Below are positions 40,360 through 54,436 of a stretch of DNA of 64,000 nt, piece by piece. The notes under the pieces were generated by a model. That model searched no databases. It saw only the letters and a program-made list of their open reading frames with translations, and was not told the DNA's origin. The stretch comes from the human T2T-CHM13v2.0 reference genome, Homo sapiens, in assembly GCF_009914755.1 (NCBI RefSeq), contig NC_060937.1; one strand, given 5' to 3'. Numbering within the stretch: the first letter of the stretch is position 1; each line of letters starts with the position of its first letter. A program made the translations under genes and the position numbers.

Positions 40360-40545
40360 TTAAATTAGGAAAGGATTACTAATGAGATAATATTAAAGAT
40401 GGTAAGGGACTACAAATATTACACTGACTTTAGCAAGGCTTTGGCCAAAATTATTTCCCTCAATTCCTTTTGCTTAATCTAAACTGACCGATCAACAGAT
40501 CAACAGCTGCTTGAACCAGGGACCCAGTTTGCTGTACTTAAAAAC
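40360..40545 (+). mobile_element. CR1/L3 LINE reverse-transcriptase remnant
   Basis: 40420-40449 tac act gac ttt agc aag gct = YTDFSKA (CR1 motif YLDFSKAFD); downstream atc aac agc tgc ttg aac ... acc cag resembles WIxxWLxxRTQ. Confidence 0.6.
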
Positions 40546-43029
40546 TCTCTTGCAATGAACATAACCTCAGTTTCCCAACACCATCAAAGATCCATAAACA
40601 ATTTCCAAAATAAAATCTAATTTTACCTTTCAAATTCTATCCTATAAAATCTCTAATTTCTTCATCTTTTATGAAGTAGACATCTTGAGCTATTTTCAAG
40701 TTGCAGTTTTTAAAATGAAACCTTATGCTAATGACTTCTGTCTTCAAATTTCTTTTACCAAGAACATGAGAATTAAAAAAAAGAATATAAGGAATATACT
40801 CTGCTTTTCTCCCGCGAATAATAAAAATAGTTGAAAAAATTGTTTTGCCCTCAGAGAAAATATATCTATTAAACTAGATAAAAACACACACGAATAACTA
40901 AAATCTGGTAGATATTTAAAACTGTGAAGTATCCAAGTGTCCCTTTTTGCAAAGTCACAATTACTCTGCCATAATTTCATGGACATTTCTCTGTAAGACT
41001 CCAAGGTTAGAAACGAAGAACTTTATTAATCACATAAATAACAGAAGCCAGAATATTGACATTTTCTTATATTATTTCACTGAGACCCAACACCCACAGG
41101 GCAAAATAAAGAGTGCTGGTTGATACAATTTTGGGCTTGTTTTGGAAGACAGATATTGAGTGGTAAGCCTCATTTTAGTTGTTCAACTTCATTCAGTGGT
41201 GTATTAGTGTAAATGCCACATATGAAGACTTAAATAATTAAATTTTAGAATAAATTGTTGGCAAATTTTGCTTCTTTGGGACATTCTTTTTTCAAGATAT
41301 TTTTCTCAAATTCTAAAAAAAATTATATTTTACATATAAATATATTTTAATGATATTTCAAATTTCCACATGAAAATAAGAAGAAATTTTGGAAATCGCA
41401 CATCATGAATCTTGAAAATACATCCAATTAGAGCTTTTTAAGATGATTGGCATGTCAGAAAGAATATAACTATATGTTTTACCTGTAGATCTTCCCTTAT
41501 TATTTTTTCAGGAGTGTGAGCTAGTTAGTCCTTTTGAGTGGTCTAAAGGTATATTTTTAATGAAATACATAAAACAGAAATGTAAGCACACCCAGGTTTC
41601 CTTGTGACTACTTTGTTGTAGTTTAGGTTTTCTTATTTCCAACCGTCTCCCATACCCTCTATTTCCTGGCTAAAATTTAGGTCACATTTTTGTCCTATAA
41701 TATCTTCATATCTTTTCTCTTTTGTTCGAGTAACTCTTTCCCTCCCTGATATCTCCGTGATAAAGATCTATTTTTTGTCAGTGCTTTGGAGCATAGGTTG
41801 CAAGCTTAAATATCTAGAGAGTTTATAATCTGTAGCATTAAAGATAAGAAATCTTTCTTTACTCTGATTTGAAAAAACACAGTAAAATATTCTGTTTATA
41901 TTTTAAATAGAATAAATTGCTGTAATCATGTCTTAGAAATACCTCTGATAGGGCTCTATCACTGTATACAATAATTGTAGAGTTCAAGTGCCCAACCAGG
42001 TAGACTCTTTGTGGACAAAATATTTGTATTCAAAACACAGTGCTTGGGCTGCCTGTTGTAGTGGCAGACACTGCTAAGTTGGCACTCTTAGCTTTTAAAA
42101 CTCTCTATGACAGACATTTTAGTAATGGAATGCATTTTGGCTTTCTTTTCTTTTTTTCACCTATTGGCTGCTCTGATATATTTCATTAAATATGTTTTCT
42201 TCCATTTCAACTATATCTTCACTTATAGTCCTCTGATGAGCTAATGTACTATTATTAGAGTATTTCTGATGCTTTGTTCTACACCAGTGACATACAAAAG
42301 AGATCACATCAGATACATGATATATATATAAAATATATCATGAAATATACAAAAATAAAACTGTTGACTTTATCTTCTTCCATCAGACTTTTATTGAAAG
42401 ATGCAATTAAACATATTTTTAATTTTCAACATGTTTTCTGCTATTTTAATGTAAAACACATAATATACATTTCTTTATATGGCCTATCAAGAAAATGGGC
42501 ACATAGAATCTTCATAGAAATAATTTAATTCATGTATAAAAAAGTATCTATTCCTTCATGTTAAAGAAATATATATTCCCTACAAAAACAATAATGAATA
42601 TTTTTCTTTAGTACATAGAGGAACACTTAACACAAGATCTGTGTTTTGGTGAGATCTTAATAAACTTCACTTCTCTCTTTCTGCACATCCTAAAATTGAG
42701 CTCATATTCAGCAAAAGAAGAGAACCAATATCTTTTAACCAGTATCCTGCAAATTGCCATCCGTTTTCTGTCATTATCTATCATTTTTTGCACAGTTGGC
42801 TACTATCTCTGGCATTGCTATACCCTGAAACTAATTCTAGTTACATTGCTATTCACACAGCTGAATATGAAAAAAAAATACAAATTCATATGGTGTGGTG
42901 CAGAGGATTTTGCTTAAAAAAGAGAAGACCTGAGTATAAAACCATGTTTCAACACAGAAATTCTCCATGATTTAAAGCAAATCCTTTAAATTTAAAATTG
43001 CATGAACAAATATGGTAAAGAGAAAAATG

Positions 43030-43225
43030 TTTAGCTTTGATAATTAGGAGTTACATGACCTTAGTAATAATTTAATATCTCCAAATCAACAGCTTTGTTA
43101 TTCATAAAGTAGAAATATCATTACATATTAATAAGACTTTTGAAAATATGTTGTTGTGTTTATACATATGCAAGCACCTACAACAATTCATGATACATAA
43201 CATTACTTAACAAATTATAGATTAC
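43030..43225 (+). mobile_element. MIR remnant
   Basis: ttacatgaccttagtaataatttaatatctc...cataaagtagaaata...tatgcaagcacctacaacaatt. Confidence 0.5.
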
Positions 43226-43859
43226 CTTTATAGTTGGAAGAAGATAATTAAGCATATCACAAACTATATTTGTTTACCAAAGTAGTCACCTTATAATATA
43301 ATATTTGATGAAAGAAAAGGAGATATTAAAGTATGTAAGAGAGTGTTGAAGGTGGCATTTTCAGTGGTCCCAGAAAGTCAGGTAACATAAAGCCTCAAAG
43401 CCAAGCACAAAAAATAAAATAAAAAAAATACCCTGAGGGTTCTAATATTGATGCTAGTAGCATCCTTGGATTCCTTATTATGGGATAGGCCACACAGATG
43501 TTTGACTATATATACCCATTACTCATCTCTAATTGCATATAAGCAGCCTAGAAATTTGTATGAAAGAATATTGTTAAGGAAATTGTGGAATTGAGAATAA
43601 TGTGTCAATATCTTCTATTCTCAATGAGGTACTACCTACTTCTCCAAAGTCACATGAAAGACATGTATAGAATCTTTTGGAAATATTAAAAGGTGCTTAC
43701 CAAGAAAGAAAACTGTCATCTTGCTCTCAGCTACATCCCTGCTGCACTGCAGAAAATGATAGGTACACTTCATGCTGCTTCTGGAGGCAAGCGTGAAAGT
43801 ATTCTTGTCAATTCCCCAGGAGTTTGGGATATAGAAACATTTTCTTGACTCTTGCCTTA

Positions 43860-44680
43860 AGAGCATTAAGGCATGACTCTTAGAATCTCTCTTCTAGATA
43901 AAAGGACTTCTAACAGTGTTACAGAAACAAGACAAAATTGTTTTAAGATATTAAGGGTATTTTTCCAGAACACCCTATATTTCAGCTCAATGTATATGAG
44001 AAGTACTGTTTCAGAAAGAATCGCAGGTGTGGCTTTTGACTAATGAAGTGAAGTACAACAATACAAGAAGCCCATAGTCTTTTAAAAGGTATGCTATAAT
44101 CTTGAACTAAAAGTTACAGAGCTAGCATAACATAAAAAGAAGCCTTTGAACCCGGCATGTACTACAATTAGAAGCAGCCCAAATATACTTACCTGGAAAC
44201 ATAGGCTATTTCTTATGAAAATATAAAGGATGACTCATAAAGTAGAAACAAAATTCAGAGACTGCAGCCAAGATCTATACAGATTCTTTCTCTGGGAGGA
44301 GGAATAAACCCTAATCAAGGAATTGACAACACATGTTTAGCTGGATTTCAGCATCGCAGTGAATCAATGATTACAATTTGCCTAACATCACCCAGAGCCA
44401 CTGCTATGTTAAGGGAAGTAACCATTTAAATTATCCTGTGAATGCCTTACTATTGTTTATTGGGTGTACAAGAGGTGTGTAACTTGTTTTTCAGTTCACA
44501 AGTTTTTATATTGAGAAAAATCATACATATGGGACCACACTGAAGGAGACTCATCCATACTTGGACCTGATTTAGATGTGATTTCCTGAAATAGGGGAAG
44601 ATAACATATTAATACGAAACTTTATAGGTCATGGGAGGAGGGTGAAACATGGAAAAAGAATTTGTGACCAGATGGCAGAT
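43860..44680 (+). mobile_element. MLT1 internal sequence (3' part)
   Basis: gtgtggcttttgactaatg, cctaatcaaggaattgacaacacatgtttagctggatttcag, aacttgtttttcagttcaca, ctcatccatacttggacctgatttagatg. Confidence 0.75.
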
Positions 44681-45120
44681 TATGTCAGATTAAAAATGAC
44701 CACAAACTCTTTAACATTCTCCAATTGAGATGTGTCTAATTCTCCTCTCCTTCCATCTGTGCTGGCCTATTTCTTACTTACTAGTAGAGTACAGAAGAAA
44801 TGCTGTGAGAGTTTCTGGCCTAGTATTAAAAAAAAAAAAAAAAGCCAGCTTCTGCATTGTTCTTTATTGGAGCCTTCAGTTCTGTGTAAGGATCTCAAAT
44901 CCCCATGTAGAAAGGCAAGACTGACAAACTCTGAGACTACATGAACAGGGAGAAGGATCTAGCCAGATCTAGCCTTCTCCCAACCATCTTTGGCAAAGCT
45001 TCACACATGGAATTGAAGCCATTATGAATAGTCCAAGTCATTCATCCTTTCAGCTGAATATCAATAAGTTACATTTGTCAATAACAAATGAAACTGAAGA
45101 ATTGGACAGCTGAGCCCTGA
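44681..45120 (+). mobile_element. MLT1H-like LTR (3' LTR of the adjacent internal)
   Basis: cagattaaaaatgaccacaaactctttaacattctcc...cagctgaata...cagctgagccct. Confidence 0.8.
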
Positions 45121-45568
45121 AGTATGCCATTTTCTATGGTTACTCTACAAAATATATTAGAGCTGAAAGATGTATTATCTAAACACGCTGTCTTATAGGT
45201 CCTTATGTATATCAAAATGATTAGCACTCTTACATTAACTTCTTTCTTGATGTCCCTTGGTCTCTTCCTAGACTCTAAACCTGTACCCCTACCCCCAAAA
45301 ATGACAGCTTTAATAATTCACTTTTTACAACCACTTTCTATAAATTGCTTCTTTGGTTTGTGATGGCAAGAATTTAGAACCTGGTATCATCCTGTCAGGT
45401 CTAAAACTGTCTTAACTAAGGAGAGTTTCTATTTTACATGCTGACGATAAAGAATATATAACACCTTTCAAGTGAATTTTCTTACACTTATGTCTCTCTC
45501 AGAAATTCATGACTTTATTTTCACTTGTTATTTTGTATGTAGCTTCAAATAATCTATAGCACTGAAAT

Positions 45569-46018
45569 TGTATTAGTTTCCTGAGGCTGTTATTAACAAT
45601 GTACAACAAACTGAGTAATTTAAAACAACAGAAAGTATTATCACACAGTCCTGGAGACTAAAACCATGAGATTAAGGTGTCATCAGGACCTTGCTTCCTA
45701 TGAAACCTGTACTGATATCTTCCATGCCTCTTCCTAGCTTCTGGCTGTTTGTTGCAATCTGGTGTTTCTTGGATTACAGCTTCATGACTCCAATATCTGC
45801 ATTCGGGTTTGTGACTTTGTGTGTTGCTTTCTGTTTTCACATGGATATCTTCTTAGGAGGACACAGTCATATTGGGTTAGGCAGCCAGCTTTATCCATTA
45901 TGACTTAATCTTAATGTAAGTAATTACATCTTCAATGACCCTATTTCCAAGTAAGATCACAAGTTCAGGTATTGGGGATTTAAGATTACAACATATCTTC
46001 TTTGAGTAATATATTTCA
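45569..46018 (-). mobile_element. MLT1B/C-like LTR
   Basis: tgtattagtttcctgaggctg...aaaacaacagaaa...gcctcttcctagcttctgg...taattacatcttcaatgaccctatttccaa. Confidence 0.88.
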
Positions 46019-46029
46019 GAAAAGTTGTC

Positions 46030-46359
46030 TGCCACTATAAACATGGATCACCTTCAATTTTCAATAACATATTTCTTATTTCTATATCCCTCACCAAAAA
46101 CATTCTGTTCATAATGATCTATGTATTCTCTAAGGCAACAGAAATTTTCTCTACATCTCTCCTCACTTCTTTCTGAGCCCTCACTGGTATTGTTTTAACA
46201 TCCATATTTCTACAATCTCTTCAACGCAATCTAAATATTTTCTATCAAATGCTTCAAATTCTTCCAGCCTCTATCATTATTCAATTCTAAAGCCACTTCT
46301 CCTTTTGTTCCTTTTTAGGTATTTGTTACAGCAGCACCCCAACATCTCAGGATCAAATC
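46030..46359 (-). mobile_element. MaLR-type internal sequence 5' end
   Basis: ttcttccagcctcta...aaagccacttc...taggtatttgttacagcagcacccc. Confidence 0.8.
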
Positions 46360-46382
46360 TGTATCAGTTTGGGTTATCCAGG

Positions 46383-46388
<6 letters not shown>

Positions 46389-46438
<50 letters not shown>
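46389..46438. repeat. (GT)25 microsatellite
   Basis: perfect GT run. Confidence 0.98.
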
Positions 46439-46440
<2 letters not shown>

Positions 46441-46780
46441 CTCCATCATATTGATTCTGTTTTCTATTCTTTCTCTCTCTCCCTACACATAATCAAGAGA
46501 GATATATACATACAGGGAGAAGGAAAGAGAGAGAGATACTTTAAGTAGATGTCCTTTTGTAGTATGGGTGGAACTCATCCAATAAGTTGGCCTTGAGAGA
46601 AAAAGCTGAGATTTACTGGAAAATAAATAAACTCTGCTTCAAGACTGTAACATAAAATTCCTGCCTGAGTTTCCATTTTGCTGACTTACACTACAGATTT
46701 CAGAATCCAAGCCCTCACAATTATATAAAACAATTCTCAAATAAATCTCTCTCTCATACAGATAACATAAATAAACATAA

Positions 46781-47096
<316 letters not shown>

Positions 47097-47334
47097 CTAA
47101 TTGCAATTATTAATCACATGTAAAAAATACCTTCAAAGCAACATTTAGACTAATGTTTGACCAAATAACTGGACACCATAGCCTAGCCAAGTTGGCATCT
47201 AACATTAGCTATGTTAGGAAGATTCATATATTTATCACCTTCTTTAAGAAGAGGCAGCTGACTACTACCCTAATGCATGTAAAATTGCCTCTGTTTCATA
47301 TCTCATACCTGAATTATAAATAAATTGATTTCAT

Positions 47335-47463
47335 TATTATCTGCACTCTACAAAGATATTAATTCCTTGAAAGTAAGGGCTTAAAATTGTAATTTTTATA
47401 TCTTTAGTGCATTATTTGAGGCCAAGCACCTACATAGTCTGCAAGCGTTGATTGAATGAATGA
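47335..47463 (+). mobile_element. L2 3' end remnant
   Basis: aattccttgaaagtaaggg...ttgattgaatgaatga terminal repeat. Confidence 0.6.
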
Positions 47464-50400
47464 CACAATTTTAAAAACACGATATGTTGTTACTGGATGT
47501 GCATTAATTTCTTATAAACGAATACAAAATTTGACAATATTTAAAAAGAATAAAAGGATTTGAGTGATTAATATTAAGCATAATTTTCAAGTGGAATAAT
47601 TACATGTTCAATAATGAAATTTCCAAAATTTAAGAGCCATCCTGAATATGTATGTAATATGTCATTAATAACAATATACCACTTACAGTATTGCAAATTA
47701 TAAGCATCCCCAGGTGTCATTTATATGACATTGGCAAATTCTACCACATCAGTAAAAACAGATGGTAATTACAGAGTGAATGAAGCAGATTGTTACTATG
47801 CCACCATGTAGATTGAACATGTCTGCTGTTTATGAAATTCGTCATCTAATGACTCAGATGAATTGCATTCACACTGGCAATGAGATATTTGAATCAGCAT
47901 TTTGAAACAATGAGGGTCATACAGTTAGAAATGCTTGATTAGCAGGACAAGGACTCATTTCAGTGGTGTTAGACAAAAACACTTTCAGTGAGCAAGCTTA
48001 CATGTGGCTAGGCAAAAACTAGGCAAACTTTGCAGAGGTCAAAAACTCAATAACCACAAGTTTTCTTCCACTGTAAGCCAGAATAAAAAGTAATCAGTTT
48101 TTCGTATGTGCGTGTGTGTGTGGTACTTTTGTGTGTGTGATTCTCACACCAATTTGTAGAATGGTTCAATTAAAAATACCAAATTATTTATAACTTTATC
48201 ATAACTATTATGGAAAAGCACACATATATACTTTTAAAAATATCACCTTATCTTTTATATTATTTAAAAATATTAAAGACCAAAACAGTAATTTAAATCC
48301 ATTGAATTTCATCTGTTCCATCATCCTTTTTATTTCTCAAGTGTTATTAAATATTTCTGTCAGTTATGTTAATAAGATATAATTTTAAAATAAAATTTTG
48401 TGTATATTTTGTGATTTTTATTTATATGTATTTAGCATAAATGCACATTCAAAAACAAAATTTTAGAAAGGTAAGATATATACAAATATATGTGATTTGG
48501 ATACAGAAAATCATGTAGGTGAGTAATGCATATGTATTGCACCAAAGTTTTACAATTCCTTATATCACATTCACTCTTCATCTTTTAATAGCTCTGTTCT
48601 TTCCTTTAATGCTATTAGTGAGTAAGAAAAAAACAATAGTTGGGGTATAATTTAGTGGAACATATGTCTGTTTATTGACACACATGAGACAGTTTCAAAT
48701 GACTAGGATCAGCCCTGTTCCTATTTCTATGCACAATTGTATATTACCACATTTAGCTACATATTAAAAGCTGGAACCTTCAATTCTTGCTTTTTAGTTA
48801 TACTTTCTCAAATCATGAGGCTTTTTTTTCTTTAAAAAAAAAAAGCTCTATAATTGCATTGTGTTTTATTGTGTAAAATATTCCCCTAAAACACAGCAAC
48901 AAGTTTAATATAAGAGAAGAATCAGTATTTCTCAAATAATTGCCTTTTAAATTAAGTTCAAGTAAACTGAAATCTCAGCATTTGCATGTAGAATATCAAT
49001 AATCCAAAATGATCGATCAAGTAATTTTACTGAATTTCTAGTGCTTTCATTTATGAAAAAGAGAATATGTCCTAATTAGTTTCTAATTGATTTAGAGGTC
49101 GTATTTGCAAAGCTGTAGAAATCTCAATACTTGTAGGCATAGAAATCTTGAGACCAATATTTCTTTTTTTAACGTTTGCAAAAATTCAGTTCTCCAATAG
49201 TACATGCCGCATTTAAACTTGAACAAACAAACCCAATCTTCTGATATTTGATAATAGCGCCTTTTAAAAACCATAATCATTAGTTTTAAAGCTCTTTGGA
49301 ACATGACGGATTTAAGCACAATATGGATATTTTCTTTTTTTTTTCAAATAGAGATATCCATTTGAAAAGAAGATATTAATTCAGGATAGTAAAGCAGTAT
49401 CTTCAGCTACAGTTAAGAAAAACATGTATTTATACCTACAATATCTAAGAGTTTCTAAAGGTAATTTTCAAAGTTATTTTCCTCATCTATGTGTTTATAG
49501 CACAGTAAAGTTCAGATAACTTCCTACTGAAAAAGTTTAACAGAAAAAGCTAAGGTTAAAATGTAGCTTCAAAAACACCAGGAATACTAAACATAATTGT
49601 CTGATTTAAAAAAGCAGCCATAATTGGGGGTCTAAAAACTAGGAGTGGTTGCACAGAATAAATATACAAATCCTTAAAAATACAATCAGAAAACACAAAC
49701 AGAAATTTGCAAAATAATAAAATAGGATTTTTTTTTTGGCAAGATTAAGAACCAGACATTTCTAGGCAGTAAGTAAAGCATTATATCATTCAGGGATAAA
49801 TAAAGCCCATAAATCAAATCACTCCCACAGAGGTTATGAACTGAAGGTCTTAAATACCTAAATGTGTCTGCCATGGCACTCTCCTTTCTCATTTGTCAAT
49901 AGCTTCCACAGTAATCCATGGATATTCAGACTACTGGCTTTCCCTAAGGGTCAATTATTATGAGCATATTATTGCATAATGCACGTGTAAAAAATGTTGT
50001 ACCTGACTCTCTTCTTATCAATATTCTGATAAATGTTTTGACTTTCAGGGAAAAATTTTAAAAAATGCCTTATATAGCAGTGTTTTTAGCTGTTTTCCAA
50101 TATAACCAAGCTAAAATGTACATGATTTTTGTAGCATCATCCTTTCAAAGTCATTATGTGTGTAAAGAAAAGAATCAATACTTTTCAAGTATATGTAAAA
50201 TATATAAGCATGTTCAACTTTATCCAAACATTAAAAATGAGACCTTTTTAATAGATAGACAAAATATATTGGATATATTAAAATTATGAAAACAAAATAA
50301 CTGTGCTTTTAATTACATCATAATTTTGTTTTATTATTAATAAGGTAATATGGTAAATTCTAAGCAATTGTTCATAAATGATAACAATTTCATCTTCCTA

Positions 50401-50619
50401 TATTGTCCAGCAAATTTTCCCCCTCTAGTGTAAAGTGGTTCAGTGTATCTATGCCTTCTGAATGGACTCTGTCTTTCTTGTTGTGAATCACACTCAGAAG
50501 CTATACTGGTATTATAACTCTCGTACATATTAATATTGCCTCATCATTAATCTTCTTGTCTTATCCTTGGCTTGTCACCATTGACTTGCATACTTTGAGG
50601 TAGTCTCCAAATAAATCCT

Positions 50620-51035
50620 GTTTTCATGTTCTAGGTAGATAAGGTCCTCTACCCTAAACCACTTGATAACCTTCATTCTGCTTTAGGCCTGGTGAACCTG
50701 ATAACATAACCCCTGAGTTACTGTGCTTAGCCTTGAGCTCCCTTTAAATTATCCAACCAATCCTCTCAGAGGAAACCCATCTCTATGATGCCTTAGACCC
50801 CAATAGTCTTTTGCCCACAGGTACCCATCTCTCCCTCTTGCTTCCCACATACTCGTTAAGCTCCTTTATCCTAGATATCCCCCACCTCCCTTCCTGTGGG
50901 CCTTATGACACAGCCTGTCCTCTTCTCTCAGATATTTGTGTGTAATAAACCTAATCTTTCTGCCATTCTGGCTTGAGTACTTCTCATTATGCTATACTTT
51001 ACTACGCTGACCTTAACTTACAAACTTCACTTAAA
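50620..51035 (+). mobile_element. ERVL-class LTR (MER73/MER74-like group)
   Basis: accaatcc...ggaaaccc...gccttagaccccaatag...gcccacagg; gtaataaac poly-A signal. Confidence 0.5.
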
Positions 51036-51429
51036 AAGTCACCAGTGAAAAGTTCCAAAGTCCTAGATATCTGGGCACTGGGATTGATGGAATTTTTTGT
51101 CCTTGAAATACAGCTTGGAATACAATTTTTACTTTCTTTCCCATTGGCTCATACTATGACTTGAGGGGAAACTAACCTATATTCTGAAAGGTTTCTGAAA
51201 TTTTCTATTTGGTTGTTACAAGAGTTGCCTAACTTAAGAAAAATAATAAATCAAATTTGGGTGCTGCCAAGCAAAAACCCCAATATATATGCCACTCAAC
51301 AGTTGAAAAGATAACTGCCATCAGAGGTCAGAAAGCAACAGATTGGTGTTATTGAGGAAGCCCAACGAGAACTTTCCAACAGACTTGCCTTATTTTGCAC
51401 TAGCAACTTTTTCCCAGCTGGTGAGAAAA

Positions 51430-51665
51430 GCTGAGATAGACTGCTGAATAATGAGACACATTTAGCCATTGCCCCAATTGACACAGTTAATCACAAGATA
51501 TGTGAATAAAGTTTTTCCCTCACACCAACCAGGCTGCCTATCCCAGATAGTTGAATGAGGCCACTTGGGACCATCCGGCCCCAGCTGAACCAGCCCACAT
51601 CAGAAAACAGGCTCTGACAACGTGTGGAGCTATGAGAATCAATTCATAATTTTTTTAAGCCAGCA
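51430..51665 (+). mobile_element. MLT1G-like LTR fragment
   Basis: ctgctgaataatgagacaca...tgaggccacttgggaccatccggccccagctgaaccagccca...ttttaagcca. Confidence 0.65.
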
Positions 51666-51669
51666 AAAC

Positions 51670-52735
51670 AAAAATGTAAACCACCTGTGTTTGGCTGGAA
51701 CCATGTAGAAGCTGGAAATGTGGCAGGAAAATTGTTAGCATATGTTGAAAAACTGATGCTCACTTTATAACAACTGGAGAAGTGGAGAAAAATATGTTTT
51801 AACATTTTGGAGAAAGAACAACTATTTGAATAGTGGTAAAACAATTAGCGAAATGGTTTTCTGTGCTATTGTGAGAAATGAAATATATATTTAAATTATT
51901 GAACATCTGACTAATGCATCAGGCAGAATGTTTTAATCTAAATGTCAATCAATTGACCCTAGCAACCTGGGATAAGGAGAGAAATGTCTAATAAAGAAAT
52001 CCTTTAATCTGCAACCAAAATTTAGAGAAAATAGACAAGATCTAGGTCTTTCTGAATAATACTCAAATCCTTAGTCTCTTCTGCACGTAAAGATTCACAA
52101 AGTGAAATTATATCTGGTATTAAAAATCAAATCAAGGTTTTTAGCTTTAAGAATCTTATTAAGGGCTTGTAAGAATCCTAAGGGTGTTGCCTCCCATCAG
52201 CCTGATATGTAGAGGAAGATAGAGAGATATAATATAGACGTGGCTTTTGGAACATGGAGTGAACTCACAACAGACATATAAGAAACTTATAAAGTTTTAA
52301 TAAAGTTAGACTGGCAAAAGAACTACCAGCTTAGAGCAAAAAGAAAAAGACAATTTAAAAACTTAATAAAAATCAGGGGAAGCAAAAGGACTTCAGGCTT
52401 CCAACTTTCTGCTGTTAAGAAGCAGACTGAGAAATAAAAGATGAACAATTTATTGTGAAAAAGGGATTATATATCAAAGGAAAGAACCTGAATCAAAGAA
52501 AATGTAGGTAAGCATGATACACAATGATGAATTTGGAAGCCATTCCCATGGAGCACTAGGTCCAGAAAGAAAAGAATATTTTCTTCTCCCAGGGGGAAGG
52601 ACTTAGCAATATTTCCCTGCCTGTATTTCAGAATTACCTGGCCCAGTGATCCTTATGTCCTGACCATTTGTCGTTATTGTTATTGTGATTAGCCTATTCC
52701 TATTTCAATATTGTACTGTGTAGGTTCGTGGGATG
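51670..52735 (+). mobile_element. MLT1 internal sequence, decayed
   Basis: tagtggtaaaacaattagc, caggcagaatgtt, gtggcttttggaacatggagtgaactc, tatttcagaattacctggcccagtga. Confidence 0.6.
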
Positions 52736-52979
52736 AATTTCTTCACTGTGTAATTCACCATTATCTGTTGAGATACAGCCAGAATTTGCCAAGGTTAGCA
52801 AGCTCATGAAGTCATTTCTATTTACTTCTCGTGTGTACACATCTACAAAAGTTTCAAGCTTCTTTTGCAGTAAATTTACTCTTTTCAGAAAGAGACTCAA
52901 TTTTTGTTTTAATCATCGAAGAAAGTGAATTTGCTTCATTTATGGGAAATAATGGTTCAGTTACTTTTGGTTTATACTA

Positions 52980-53150
52980 ACAAATAACAACTCACTATAT
53001 GAAACTTTCCTCAAATGGATGATGTTGTCACATCTTGTAATGAGTTCTTCATTCCTGGAAAAGTCCAAGCAGAATCAGGATGACATCCTCAGAAGTATAT
53101 GTGACAGAGAAAGAAATGGATGGAATACAGACTGATAAATAAAATTCATC
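52980..53150 (+). mobile_element. CR1/L3 3' end remnant
   Basis: gtaatgagttcttcattcctggaaaagtccaagcagaatcaggatgac resembles L3 gtagtgagctccccgtcactggaggtgttcaagcagaggctggatgac. Confidence 0.5.
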
Positions 53151-54288
53151 CTGACTCCTAAGGATAATATATTGAGAGTGGTTGCCTGGAGAACTGTTAA
53201 GAAGCATTGGGAAGCGAAGCTCAAGATATTCATGGTAAAAGTACTGCCACCAATAACCAAGTTTTATTGGGCAAGAAAAATGTACTGAGTGATAACACAT
53301 TTAAAAGACCTTTAGACACAATTCAAACTCTATCATTGTAATAGGTAGCCTGTTTTATATGCCCTAAAAACATTCAGAATGCTAATTAACCATAAAATTC
53401 AACTTTCTTGTTGAATTTTTAAATTCATTTGAATATTGTATTGTAAAGCTTTGGTTATTACATTGAGAGAAAAGAATGAGAATTATACTTAAAACACGTA
53501 ATGATGTATTGTCCTTTGAAACAAATACAGATAACTTTAGTTTTAAATTCATACCATTTTTAAGTATGTAAGTGTATTGTGAACTGAAAGTGTTGTTTTA
53601 GAAGTGCTTGGTTGTGATTTACAAATGTGTTTTACTTTCTCTTTTAAGAAGCAAATTTCATTTGGAATATGAAGCTTTTCAGAGAAAATAAAAACGTGCT
53701 AATAGTAATGTTCCTCATGCAATAAATACCTTAAGGGCTTCCTTAGTGGAAAAGGCGGCTGAAAATAATAATTTATCGATTTTCAAGAAAACTTGGTAAT
53801 TAACCTCCTGGCAGTTTTCTTCAGGCTACCCTGTTAGTCTCAGCACAACAATGGTAACTTAATTCTACAAACAGAAATTAAATAGGCTTTGAAACAAGAT
53901 CCTCTGAAATAATAAAGTTAGTATTCTACATTTACTAAATGTACCTATTAGGACTGACATGAATTGGAATTTTATTTCCTTTCCCTTATAGTAGGGAAGT
54001 TTTTAGTGGAAAATAGAAAAAATTGGTTTCATCTTGCATTGAATGTAGTTATAAGAATATGAATTATTGAAAGAAAATCAAATGTTTTTGTGTACTCTTT
54101 CTGGTTTTTAATATATTGCAAATAACAGCGTTTATTTTTAAACATTAAATTGAAAAATCAGGTTTCACAACACTATATAGTATGATTCAAACTTATAAAA
54201 CAGATATTATAAATAGTATTCAGAAAATTTATTTAAGACTTTTTTTGAGAAAGACATTGCCCTACTAATAAAAGTTATCAAAATTAAT

Positions 54289-54436
54289 ATTCATTTAATC
54301 CTATGCAGTAAAACATTATTATTCCAATTATGCAAATGAAATGAAGCACAGAGTAATGAGCAAAATTTCCAACATCACTATTTAGATAGAGAAGGAGCTT
54401 GAGATTGAAGTCCAGACACGCTAACTTCAGAGCCTA
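54289..54436 (-). mobile_element. MIR
   Basis: tcatttaatcc...ttattattccaattatgcaaatgaaatgaagcacagag...aacttcagagcct. Confidence 0.7.
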
